Shown here piece after piece: positions 49,152-60,734 of a DNA stretch of 64,000 nt. Every line of letters begins with the position of its first letter. Positions within the stretch are counted from its first letter, which is position 1. The DNA is from Balanoglossus misakiensis (lineage: Eukaryota; Animalia; Hemichordata). Below the pieces are notes generated by a model, which searched no databases, was not told where the DNA came from, and saw only the letters and a program-made list of their open reading frames with translations. The stretch is taken from contig CM082582.2 of the NCBI GenBank assembly GCA_040954595.2, forward strand, positions 4,014,303-4,078,302, read 5' to 3'. The position numbers were made by a program, and so were the translations under genes.

Positions 49152-52100
49152 ATGTCGAGCGATATCGGGGACTGGTATCGTGGTATTCCACAGCTAACGA
49201 GATACTGGTTCACGGGTTCGGTTGTGTTGCCACTGCTTGGCAAGTTCGGTCTTCTGAATCCGATGTACCTTATCCTCAACTTTGAATGGATTGTTTACAA
49301 ATTTCAGGTGAGGCATATTCAGATTCATTACACTTTCCCAAGTCATAGGAGCTATCTCCGTGTAAGTTGTAACAACTCGAAGCGATTGTGGTTTGCGTTT
49401 ACAGTTCACATACACATGATGCAGCTATGTCGCAGTCACACCGTGGACTGTACATGATGTACCTTCTGCAATAATATGCATGTGTGTTTTAATACAGGCT
49501 CTTAGACTATAACATCTGCATATCATCCGTTACGTGTCATTTACATGGGCAACTTTCAGTTGTTTTCATGGGTACAGTTGCTATGTAGAATGTAGGAAGG
49601 GACAGTTTAAGAAAAATTACAATGTACATGTACTACATGTAGTATCAAATGGAGTTTATTTTGAACAATTTGGATAATTTGGTCTTGTGAATAATATGTA
49701 AACAGCACCCCAAGCTTACCTTACTCTAAACCACTTGTCTCACTTCTTTCAAATTTAAATTGCATATTCCCAGGCCTAACTGAAAATGAAGGTGCTTGCC
49801 ATATTTGCGTTTTGTACGAGCAATATTTTTCATTTTTATCTCATATCTGGGTTACATAATCTCATAAAATGCCCTTTCATTTGCTTTCAGATATGGAGGC
49901 CAATCACAGCTGTACTGTATTATCCAATCATGCCACAGACTGGTTTTCACTATCTCATAAACTTGTATTTTCTCTATAACTATTCAGGACGTCTTGAAAC
50001 AGGTGACTGAATTTTTTTCTTCCAGTCTTGATAATTCTGGTTGCTTTAGATTTTATAGGGTTAAGTTTTACATTCACACATTCATTTCAATGAAATTTCA
50101 ATTTTATGAACCTGTTTCAAATTGGAGCACATCCAAAGAGTTCATTTCCTTATTTATATGCTGTTGTAATTAATATAATTATAAACATACATGTACTGGT
50201 GTAATAGTCTGACCATATGGCCAATTATGGTTAGACTGACAGATTTGTCACCAGAGGGCGCTCTCCATGACTACCGGTATATGGGAAAATCAGTTTAGAC
50301 AGGGATATCTCGGATTGTTTAGGGAGACACCATGTAATAGCAGCCTTTTATTTCTTGGGCATATTTATGAGTGTGCTTTTCCAATCACGAATGCAATTAC
50401 AGTTTGAATTTGCAAGGCAGCATGTTATTTGATCAAATAGTTTCCTGTAGTGATCTATATTCATGACCCTTTTATGTTTCTTGTAGTCATAATCTAATAT
50501 TCTATATTCCTGATATTTCTTACAGGAGTGTTTGATGGAAGGCCTGCAGATTATGCATTTATGCTACTTTTCAATTGGATATGTTTGGTGGTATCCTTTT
50601 CTGGCTGTCAATATTGTCTTGAATATTGAAGTCTTTGTCAGCTAGACAAGTATTTAATTTATCCCTGTGGAAGGATTCTGAGGCACTAATGGATTGTCCT
50701 CTGTCCATTTGTCCCATACTGTTGCAACTTGTGACACAGTGTTATCTAACATTGCTGCATGTCAACCATATTGCTATGAGTTTTGTTTATGCCAAGAGTC
50801 GACTGATTTAATTTCACCATGAATTCCTCTGTTTTATTAAAAATATGATTTGTCACAAGTAACAAGGCAGATGTTTTTGTACCCATATAATTCATCTTGT
50901 CAATGAAACATGTTTCTTTAATTGATATCAATCAGATTATTGGATTTATGCCACCACTCATGGTAAGTAACTTATTGAATGTCATTTACATTGTTATACT
51001 GTAATTTGTAAAATAAGGTTGACAAGAAAGTTTACTAAAAGGTTTTCTTTCACTGAATCTGATATCTTTTTAGTGAGCTCTACACATTCAGAATGCACTG
51101 ATGTACAGTCTTTGTGTAAGCATTTTTTCCAGCCGTTTTATTCATAAGTAATATTTTGAATGGAGTTGAAAGTTCTGGTTTCGGATGCCTCATGACTCTA
51201 ATATATAGTGAACTTGTTTTCATATCTCCCTGACTAAAATTCTCCTTTGTAGTCACTTTCTAAAGTTTGTTTGACAGTAGTAGCTGTAGTTTGGTCAAGA
51301 AATTGTGCAAATTAATGAGACGATCGTCAGCCTTTAAAGCCAGACTTTTTCACTGGACTTTTCACATAACACTGTATACATATTCGGCTGTAACAATATA
51401 ATTACCATCCAATTTTCACAGATGTAATGATTTAGAACAAGCATAAGCAAAGTATTGATCGTGATTAAAAGTAGAGTCCCATGTTAACGGCACATGTGCC
51501 AATAAGTAGGTAACATTTGTATTTCCAAGTAGCTCCATCAATATAATATGTCTGTTTTCTCTACACAGCTCCTCATGGACTCAATGATTCTGAGTGTATT
51601 ATATATATGGTGTCAGATCAACAGAGATACAATTGTCCAGTTTTGGTTTGGTACTCAGTTCAAAGCGATGTACTTACCTTGGGTGTTATTTGCCTTCAAC
51701 ATGATCATCAAAGGAAGGTGAGTGATTAACTGTAATTATTCCTGTAGTTTGACTGCTGTAGTAATTCACCCACCCCTATTTTGGGAGAAAAAATATTTTT
51801 TATTTCTAAAAATGTGACCATGAATGAAAAATCACAATTTCTTCAACTGTGGAAAGTTGACAACTCTCCACTTTTTCTTTCTTTCTTTCTTTCTTTCTTT
51901 TTTTTGGGGGGGGGGGGGTGGGGGGTGGATGGGCTATAGCTCTTGCATTCACTGGTTGTCGCATCTGTGCATGCCTGACAGTTGAAAGTTGTTAATTTGC
52001 TCATAGTTATAGATACTTTTAGGGGAAAAAACAACATAGCAACAATATACAACAATACCTGACAATAGGTCGTGTACAAAAAATGGTAAATGTGACTTAA

Positions 52101-52866
52101 ACAAGTAGAATTTCTGTGTAGCTGCTGCACTCAATAATTATACTTGTCTTTTTTTTTCAGTTTCATCAATGAACTTCTCGGTATTCTTGTTGGTCATTTA
52201 TATTTTTTCCTGATGTTCAAATATCCACAAGACTTTGGTGGCAGGCAGTTTCTCAGCACTCCACAAATCCTGTAAGTTTCATTACAAAAATTGATCATTT
52301 AAAACGAGAAAAGGGGTGCTATGGTGACCTGTATACATGTTACCCTATCAGAAGACATTGAAATTTCAATGTGATTTTTTATAGTGTCATTTCGTATTAC
52401 AGTGATCCAATATGTCTGCTGACATACATACATGTATACTTAAAATACTTAAATACTTAAAAAAGGTTAGAATTGGTGGTGCAAATTCAGCGATCTGATT
52501 TGTTGAGATGTGAAAATAACAGCACTATATGATATACCACAGTAGGAATACACCCAGGTGGCTTTGATTGCATTGTTAAGTTTGGACAATTACATTCATA
52601 CAGTTGCTGTGCAATTTTGAGGAAAACTCACTCATTCAATAAAAACTGCAATATTTATATTTGTCACAATGGCATTGAATTCCATCAGAGTTGAACAGAG
52701 GTTTTGACTTTGTATTTGTTTTTTCAGGTACAAGTACTTTCCAAATCGTCGTGGTGGCGTTTCTGGCTTCGGGATGGCACCAGCTAGTCGGCGGAGAGAC
52801 AATGATGACAATGATGGCGGTGGAAGATACAGATGGGGAGCTGGTAATGCCCTGGGTGGACAATGA
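49152..52866 (+). CDS. DERL1: Derlin-1 (exons 49152-49307, 49891-50002, 50526-50590, 50936-50962, 51569-51717, 52161-52271, 52728-52866)
   Basis: MSSDIGDWYRGIPQLTRYWF; QIWRPITA...GFHYLINLYFLYNYSGRLETG; FDGRPADYAFMLLFNW; FWFGTQFKAMYLPW; GILVGHLYFFLMFKYP; C-terminal SHP-box-like RWGAGNALG; stop TGA 52864-52866. Confidence 0.96.
50249..50263 (+). promoter_or_regulatory. Possible CTCF site in DERL1 intron 2
   Basis: tcaccagagggcgct resembles CCASYAGRKGGCRS; motif match only. Confidence 0.3.
50591..50935 (+). other. U12-type (minor spliceosome) GT-AG intron in DERL1
   Basis: 5' site GTATCCTTT; branch-like tttctttaat close upstream of the AG; no long polypyrimidine tract. Confidence 0.85.
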
Positions 52867-53761
52867 TCTGGCCCCTGGTCGACAAGAGTTCATCATTCTC
52901 TGGATGATTACTCATCAGAGAGACCAGACGTTGACTGTGCTCACAACAGAAACTGATCACAGTGGATGGGAAATGAGGACATCTTTAAACATTTCCACAA
53001 GGAAGATGAAAAACATGTACAAATATCTTCATTCATTTCGTTTCTTGAGTAGTTTATAAGTAATGTAAAAAAAAATACAACCCTGTACCTGAAAAACTTT
53101 ATGGCCGCTGGTTTGAAAATCTTCTGGACAAAGACATTATTGGGTTACTTGAATATGCTGACTGCCGATTTATTTTACTTTGGCTACCATTTTAGCAGAA
53201 ATCTTTGTCACGAATGTTTGTTGAAAGCCATCATAAGCCATACTTTAGTTTCAAAATTAAACATATGTAGCCATCAAAAAATTTATTATTTTTGCTGTCT
53301 TAAAGCGTAAAGGGTTTTTCATACGAGACCTTTGTAAAAGAAGAAACTATGTTACATTTATCACATAGAGTTCTCCAAAATTTGTGTAATACATGTATTT
53401 AATTAATCAACAATAAATGAAATCTGTTCTATTCATGTTGTCCTAATCATTGCAGTTTTAGGTCCCATTTGGTTATGTATATATATTTAGCCTAGGGCAC
53501 AAGCCTATCAAACATTGACAGAAACATAAAGTTAATTGAAGAATAAATAATTTGGCTGCAAGCACAATACTGGCCACCTCCATCAGACATCACATATAAT
53601 CGCTTCACATTTGCAGGGGAAATGTGTAACCATGTTCGTTTCCATGACAACATTTTAAGATACCTCCTCTCCTTGTCAATGACATCGTTTTGAGAAATAT
53701 TAGAGTGGCCCATTCCGGCGGCGCGCACTAGTATTCATAGCCTTATAATGTGGGGAATACT

Positions 53762-53869
53762 CAATCTGATTAAAATCAGATGTAGGGAACGGCGACGTGT
53801 TTTTTTTTATGAGGGACAGCATCAAAAAAAACATGTCGCCATTCCCTACATCTGATTTTAATCAGATTG
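53762..53869. repeat. 108 bp near-perfect palindrome upstream of the MLKL-like gene
   Basis: caatctgattaaaatcagatgtagggaacggcgacgtgttttttt ... aaaaaaaacatgtcgccattccctacatctgattttaatcagattg. Confidence 0.9.
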
Positions 53870-54045
53870 CCGACCTGGGTTCCAATTCTCCAACTCTCTC
53901 CCCCCCCCCCCCCCACGACGAGCAACCCTTTTAAAATTTATTGCAGCTTGACCTTTAGTATCTTGCACTTCCGCATTAAAAAAAACTTTAAGGAAGGAGT
54001 GAAGCCGAGACAGACAAGTGTCTCTTCGCCATTCGTCCGCACGAC

Positions 54046-55590
54046 ATGGCAGTTCTCGAAGCTGTGGGCACAACCGTGGGGATTTTACGCACAGTGGTTT
54101 CACTCATCGAAGAAATTGTACGAATCGTAGAAGAAGTCAGAGAGAACGACCAACGGTACAAGACTCTTTCAGACAGGATCGTTCGGTTGAAACCCACTGA
54201 AGACAACCTCAGGAACATGAGTGAAGAGGACAAGAAGAAATACCACGTGTTCTTGCAAAGCTTTTACGACTATCTGGTTGACGCGAAGAAGTTTCTGTCC
54301 GAGCATTCTCAGAAAGGATTTATTAAAACCGTGTTCCGTAGAGGCAAAATCAAATCAGGATTTGAAGACCTGGACGTTCGCCTGGCCCAGTTAGAACAAG
54401 ATTTTACTCTGGTTATCACACTCGAGCTGAGAGAGAGTGTTGACCAAGTTAAAAGGAAATTGGAAGACATTGATCGAACACTCCAGAATGGTAAGTTAAT
54501 AAATGTGGGTAGTTTATAACAGAATATAGTGCTCCGGCAGTTTCACAGTTCTGTTTGATCTGTCTATTGAGGTCAGACGTTACAAAGTACAAAGGACAGC
54601 ACAAACTCGCCTTTAACACTATGGCAACAGTGATTGTTGCAGCAACGTGAGTGAGCCCACGGTCACAGAGCAACCGTGGTGAGCCCAAATAATGACGTGG
54701 AGTTCACAAAGGGTCATCAAGCCGCTGTCAAAGAAAAGTCTGTTAAAATGTTCTTGTCGATAGAGGGAGTATGATTGCAGGGAAGTCACTATGGCCAAGC
54801 CGTTCCTTGTCGCCCCGAGGACTGACTAATCCGCTGCCAACACAAGTCACCCCGCTAAGACACACAAGACAGTGCGTTGCCTAGACGTTTGGAGTTTTGA
54901 TTCCTGGTTGCAGCCGCCCCTTTAGTGCTCCTACTATAAATAAACATTATGTATTTGTGTATGCCACTGTTTCATGTAACATTTTCCATCGAATGGGAGA
55001 AGAATGACTTTATGTTTATTACTTATAATCAAGGAACTGGTGGAACTACCGTTATAAATTTCAGTGGCGATACCAGAGGAGTTCAAATTGGTGACAACAA
55101 TGTCACGTATGTCCAACACTCGAGCAATTCCAGTGCACGTGAATCAAGTGGCGCTAGGACAACAGCGCCATCAAGTGACTCTGAACCCAGAAGGAACATA
55201 AACATGGTAAAGTCCACAAGTAAGTAAAACAAAAAAACGTTTTCTTTGACGTGCAAATTGAATGCCAAACGGCAATCTCAATTCATGTCATTGTTATTCT
55301 GTTTTTGCTTATTTATATCAGCCTCCAAAACTCAAGTGACTGCTCATGACATTGACAACGTCAGTGAACACGTCGGACAACAATTCCGATCCCTCGGAAA
55401 GGAGTGCGGATTCAGTGATAAACAACTGGATGGTTTTGCGAGCAGTTTTACAACTTTGAAAGAACAGAACTATCAGATGCTGCGTGAATGGAAAGAGAAA
55501 TCTGGCAGCGGCGCCACGAGAGAGAAATTAGCCAACATGTTGTGCGAAGTGAAGCTGTACAACACTGCAGCTATGCTACCACGTGATTAA
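54046..55590 (+). CDS. MLKL-like four-helix-bundle/brace + RHIM + death domain protein (exons 54046-54490, 55034-55219, 55322-55590; 299 aa)
   Basis: Exon 1 helical pattern aligns by eye with the MLKL N-terminus. Exon 2 has TVINFSGDTRGVQIGDNNVTYV. Exon 3 has a death domain (LGKECGFSDKQLD...LKEQNYQMLREWKEKSGSGATREKLANML). Both introns are GT-AG, phase 1; spliced CDS is 900 nt. Confidence 0.85.
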
Positions 55591-56343
55591 TTAGCTCTGC
55601 GTAACGCCGGGAGCACACAGACCTGTAAGCTTTCATCATTTCACTCTATAGTACATGTACCGATATTTGTTTTTTTTCTTCACATTCATACTTTTTGCAC
55701 GTATTGTAGGCATATATTTTGTAAGTGAATTAGTACTCTCAACCATATACCCTGTCGATTCTCGAGGGTCTTTCTGTGAAGACCATTTAGGTTTGTTTTT
55801 TGGTTATATTGTTGATTTTTCCGTTACATTTAGTGGAACATGGAGGTATTAGAGCTTTCGGGTTGGTGTCAAATCGAAGAGGGGGCTGTTGTACGGTCCA
55901 AACTGTCGCGTCGGGGCGATTCACGAAGACGATTAGTTTCGGGAGATTTTCACAGCAGTTTCAACTGCATGGAAGCCATCATAACTACTTCAATCCGCTA
56001 CACTTTAATTCACACGAAAAAGAAACAGACAGCCTGTTACCTGTCCTTCGTTCGTAATGGGGTTATTCACAAAACACGGCCCTGTTTGGACGAGGGCTAA
56101 GTGAGTGGCGTAGCGAACGAACCATGGAATGTTATTAAAATAAAAATGATGATGTGATCAATTTTGGTTCACTTGTGAGCAAATATGATATGCAATTTGT
56201 ACTCGCTCAAATCGACAACACTTTGCCCCCTCCCGACCAGAGAAACTGGCCAGTCCCTTATATCTGAACATCGGTTTTGTTTGCAATGCGTATAGCGTCA
56301 GACTCCACCAGTGACACTGACAGGCAAAGGTCATCAGTGAGAA

Positions 56344-59300
56344 ATGGCGTCTCTGTTTCAACTTAGCCGATGTCAAATTCGACTTGAAGTTGCGCTGATC
56401 TGTATTCTGCTCCTTGTTGGGGAAACTTCATCCTCCAGCGTCTTGATATTTCCGGGTATATCTATCGGCAGTGCGATAAACTACTTCTCGAAATTAGGTG
56501 AGCACCTGGTTAACGCTGGCCATGACGTAACGCTACTAGTCGGGCATCATAATGACCTCCACAAGACACCACGTCGGGAATCGCTCTTCACGATTGAAAA
56601 ATACAATTCCACCTTTTCGCTGTCAGAAGGCAGTGCCCTTGATAAACGCCTGTCAGAGTTCATGAAGGGGGAATTCCGCGTCAAGGACATGCACCTATTG
56701 ACAGACTCCATGTTGAACGATTGTGAAGTGTTGATGGATGACAAAGAGTTATTCGATCGTCTCAGCCAGACACATTTCGATATTGCTGTCGTGCACAGTC
56801 TTGCTCTGTGTACCGTCCTCGTTGCCCAGAGGCTGGACCTCCCATTCGTGCTTGTTTCAACCAATAGAGCTCTGCCGCAGTTTGAATCATATTACTTGGC
56901 CATGCCGTCTCCGCTGTCATACGTCCCAGCTTGCATGACTGCACTGACAGATAACATGAATTTTGCAGAACGGCTGAAGAACGTTTTATTTTACACCGTG
57001 AGCACGAGTTTGCTCAAATATTTTTTATTAAAGCCGTACGACGAACTTAAACAATTACATGGTATTCAACCTGACATAGACATACAAACATCATTGGGGA
57101 AAGCAGAAATTGTTTTGCTTGGTGTTGATTGGGCGGTGGAGTTCCCACGTCCTGTCATGCCAAATACTGTATTCCTTGGTGGTCTGTTGGCAGAAGAACC
57201 AGCTCCTCTTGATGCTGTAAGTATTAATTTCCAATTAGGTACATGTATAACTAAAATGTATTGTCCCCATACCACAGATTCTTCTTGTAAAAAATCGTAT
57301 CTTCCCATAAACAATGGTAATCAAACTTCAATCCGACTCTGGTGCTTTATGAGAATTCACTAATAATACCTTGGTAGTGGGTGTAGAAAATGTCTCGAAA
57401 TTGGAGGTACATTTGATGTAGGCCTAGACCGGAAAAGGTCAAAACTTTTGGTTTAAAGATTCGATTTTGCAAAGGGAATAATTGAAAGTAATTCATGTAC
57501 ATCATCTTTGGTATACACTGGTACTGTCTGGACAGAGTTTAAACGTTCAGAGATCTGTTAGGCGCACCTGTGACCTGGAGGATAATCACGATTGTGTAAT
57601 TGATACGTGTTGCATAAGGAGATCACGCGTTAAAGGCCGCCGCGCACGAGAGAAATTAGCTGAGTCATTCGAGTAAAATTAATTCTCAGCGAATTTCTCT
57701 CGTGTGCGGCGGTTTTGAGAAATCCCGCCCCCACGAAGAAAAAATATCAAACGCGTTTGATATTTTGATCCACTTCACAAAAGTAAAGCAAAACTCATTA
57801 AAATCGCCCGCACACGAGAGGAAACTTGCTGAGCAAAATTTCTCGAATGGCTTCTTGCTCAGCTAATTTCTCTCGTGTGCGGCTGCCCTCACTCGCAGCT
57901 TTCGGACGTGACTAATTCCCAACAGGTACATGAGATTGTTCAGTACCACCCTTGGCAAATACAGCTTTCATCTAGGAACCCAGGTGTCGGGGCGATTCAG
58001 GTCGCGGAAACGATTCTGGCGACAGATAATACCGAAAAGCACTTTATCTCTCATCAGCAAGATTTCGTCGTCCGTGAGAGGTTCACAAACGCGGGAATAG
58101 ATTCATCTACTGTTTTCCTCTACTCGTGTCATGGGATTTAGCAAATACTGTAGGCCTATCCTGACATATAGAAAATTGGCTGCGATGGATACCTGTTGAT
58201 TCCCCGCTGTTGCGTTACGAAAGTGTCCGGGTCAGTACCATCGCTTTGCCTAACCATAAATAAAATTAAGCCAGGTACAAATTCAAGTTTTCGGTGGCAA
58301 ATATCAAACACTCGACGTCAAAATTTTCCTCTGTTTACTTAAGTGTTTAATCGCACAACTTTTTGATTGATTGAATAGTAAAGAACGTGCGCTGCTTATT
58401 GCTCGACTCGTCAAGTTCGCCTGACGAAACGTCATTGTTAGCTCAGCGTTGTCGATAGATTTGGTGCACACGGTACTTTTGATATTATAAAAAATAATCG
58501 TCTTTCCATAGGATTACATTGAGAATAGCTAGAAAACTCACTTCTACTATTGCCATTTTAATAAAATGTTACACATAGTTCAGTCGAATAAAAATAAATT
58601 CAACGATAAAAAAAAATCGTTCGGTCACAGTCACTAAATATTTTACCCATAGACAAACCAAGGGAGGAAAATGCTGACTCAGCAGTTTTCGACTAAATTC
58701 GCAGCCTTGTTTTCCACAATGACGTCACTCTCATTATTGAACGTCGCCATTCTTTTATTGCTTTTCCAGGAATGGACGGAGTTTGTAGACTCTGCAGACG
58801 ATGGAATTGTTGTGTTTTCCTTGGGATCTATGATGAACCCGGGAGCGTACATGGAAAAGGCTGAAATAATTACGGCGGCACTGGCCAGGTTACCACAAAA
58901 AGTCGTAATGAGATATGAAGGCGAGATACCCAAGAGTTTGGGGAACAACACAAAGCTCACCAAATGGATGCCACAAAATGACTTACTCGGTAATAATTAG
59001 ATGAATCATCATCCTTAGTGGTAAAATTGAAACCTAGTTAATACTTTTTAATGGCAAATGCATGGCAATCACGTGATCATCAATGTTACGATCACCAGAT
59101 ATCGCACAAACTTGTCTAATATGCAAATTTCCAGTTAATTAGCACACATCTGCCCAAAGACTCATAGTAAAATCAGATCACTGTAAGATCTATATCTATA
59201 CTGCGTTTCATCAAACTAAAAATAACTGTCGTACTTACATAAATAGATCACTAATATTAAGTTCGATCATTAAATATATATACGTTCGCAGTTCATTGGT

Positions 59301-60734
59301 TACCACATATGCAGTACAGTACCTGTGAAAACCATTTCTCTTGATAGTGTTATCAGCTTCGTTGCTGGAGTAGCACGCATTTGTTTAATAGGCAAATTAT
59401 CCATTGATTACATGACAATGCTAAATGTCTCATAGTGCCGTCAGATAAGTGTCAGCACAGGGGGCTGCAAACATAAAAGTTATAAATGGCGGAGTTCCTG
59501 CATTTTCCCCCAATAAACATTACTTGATGAACAGTCTTTGTGCTTGTTTATTTTTCTGTCTTACCTCCACCTGTCTTATCAGTTGCTAATCCAGAATAAA
59601 AGCTATCGCATTTCCCATTAAGCACCTGCTAACGACTTAATCTGTGTGCCCCATCCACGGATTTAGTGGATTAAGTAAACATCGGTCAGTTCTCACTCGT
59701 TATACCCAGTACTCGCTGACCGATGTTTACTTTATCAACTTAATCCGTGGATGGGGCACACAAATTAAGTCGTTAGCAGGTGATTAATGGGAAATGGATA
59801 GCTTTTATTCTGGATCAGCAAATGATAAGACAGGTTGGGAAAACGCAGAACGGAACGTACTTCGCCATTTATAACTTTCATGTCTGCATTCCCCTGTGGT
59901 GTCAGCTGAGTAACTGCAGCAAGTTCCGTTAAATTAGGAGCAGTAAACGACTTTGTACTCATCTGTTTGTAGTTTATCTGCAACACAGTGTTAATTGTAT
60001 CACTTCAGGTCATCCCAAGGCAAGGGCGTTCATTGGCCACGGTGGCATGAACGGCATCTACCAAGCCATCTACCACGGTGTACCCATGGTGGGAATGCCA
60101 ATGTTCAGTGACCATTATGATAACTTTGCCAGATTAGCTGCCAAGGGCATGGCAGTTACCGTGAATATTGTTACCATGACTTCAGATGATCTCTATGATG
60201 CTGTCAAGACAGTCGTTGATGAACCAAGGTCTGTACAGTTTTGATTTTACACATATTTTAGCATATCGGTCATTATGTTTGCCCACTTACTAATACCGTG
60301 GTATATGCTTGTTGCATGGTAGCTCTGCGTGAGCTAGTTGCATGGGTGATGTGTATGTGTATGGATGCATGAGTGTGCGTATGAAAGTTCTTGTTACGAT
60401 CCATTCCAGTGCATTGTACATGTTTTATTACGTTACTGTCTTTTTAAATATTTTCAGGTTCAAGGCCTCTGCTATGCATCTGTCTGGTATCCATAGAGAT
60501 AAACCCATGTCTGCAGGAGATACTGCTGTTTTCTGGATTGAACACGTCATCAAACATGGCGGACAACATCTGCGAGCTGAGGCTCTCAACCTGAATTTCG
60601 TCCAGTATTTCCTGTTAGATGTCATCGGTTTTATACTTCTAGCACTTTTTGGCATCGTTTTCTCGTTGAAATTTATACTCTCGTGTTGTTGTAGACGTTT
60701 CAAGTCAGGAAGTCGGAAAGAAAAGACGAACTAG
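56344..60734 (+). CDS. UDP-glycosyltransferase (UGT, membrane-bound), paralog A (exons 56344-57216, 58770-58989, 60009-60228, 60458-60734)
   Basis: Signal peptide; PSPLSYVP...MNFAERLKN; EFPRPVMPN; GIVVFSLGS; [12 protein letters not shown]...FIGHGGMNG...[14 protein letters not shown]; AVFWIEHV; TM plus KEKTN ER-retrieval tail. Confidence 0.95.
57633..57889. mobile_element. Probable PIF/Harbinger-like MITE with internal palindromes
   Basis: aggccgccgcgcacgagagaaattagctgag ... ctcagctaatttctctcgtgtgcggctgccct TIRs; TSD not clear. Confidence 0.6.
59448..59910. repeat. ~460 bp foldback/palindromic element in UGT-A intron 2
   Basis: ctgtcttatc...ccagaataaaagctatc...cctgctaacgacttaa...gtgccccatccacgga...gtaaacatcggtcag | ctgaccgatgtttac...tccgtggatggggcac...ttaagtcgttagcagg...gatagcttttattctgg...gataagacag. 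Confidence 0.85.

Noticed and set aside
53751-53762. NF-kB-like site ggggaatactc upstream of the MLKL-like gene
   Set aside because: Mismatches the GGGRNWYYCC consensus; chance match likely.
56321-56333. DR1/HNF4-like motif caggcaaaggtca before UGT-A (similar reverse motif near 61583)
   Set aside because: Short degenerate motif; not supportable without binding data.
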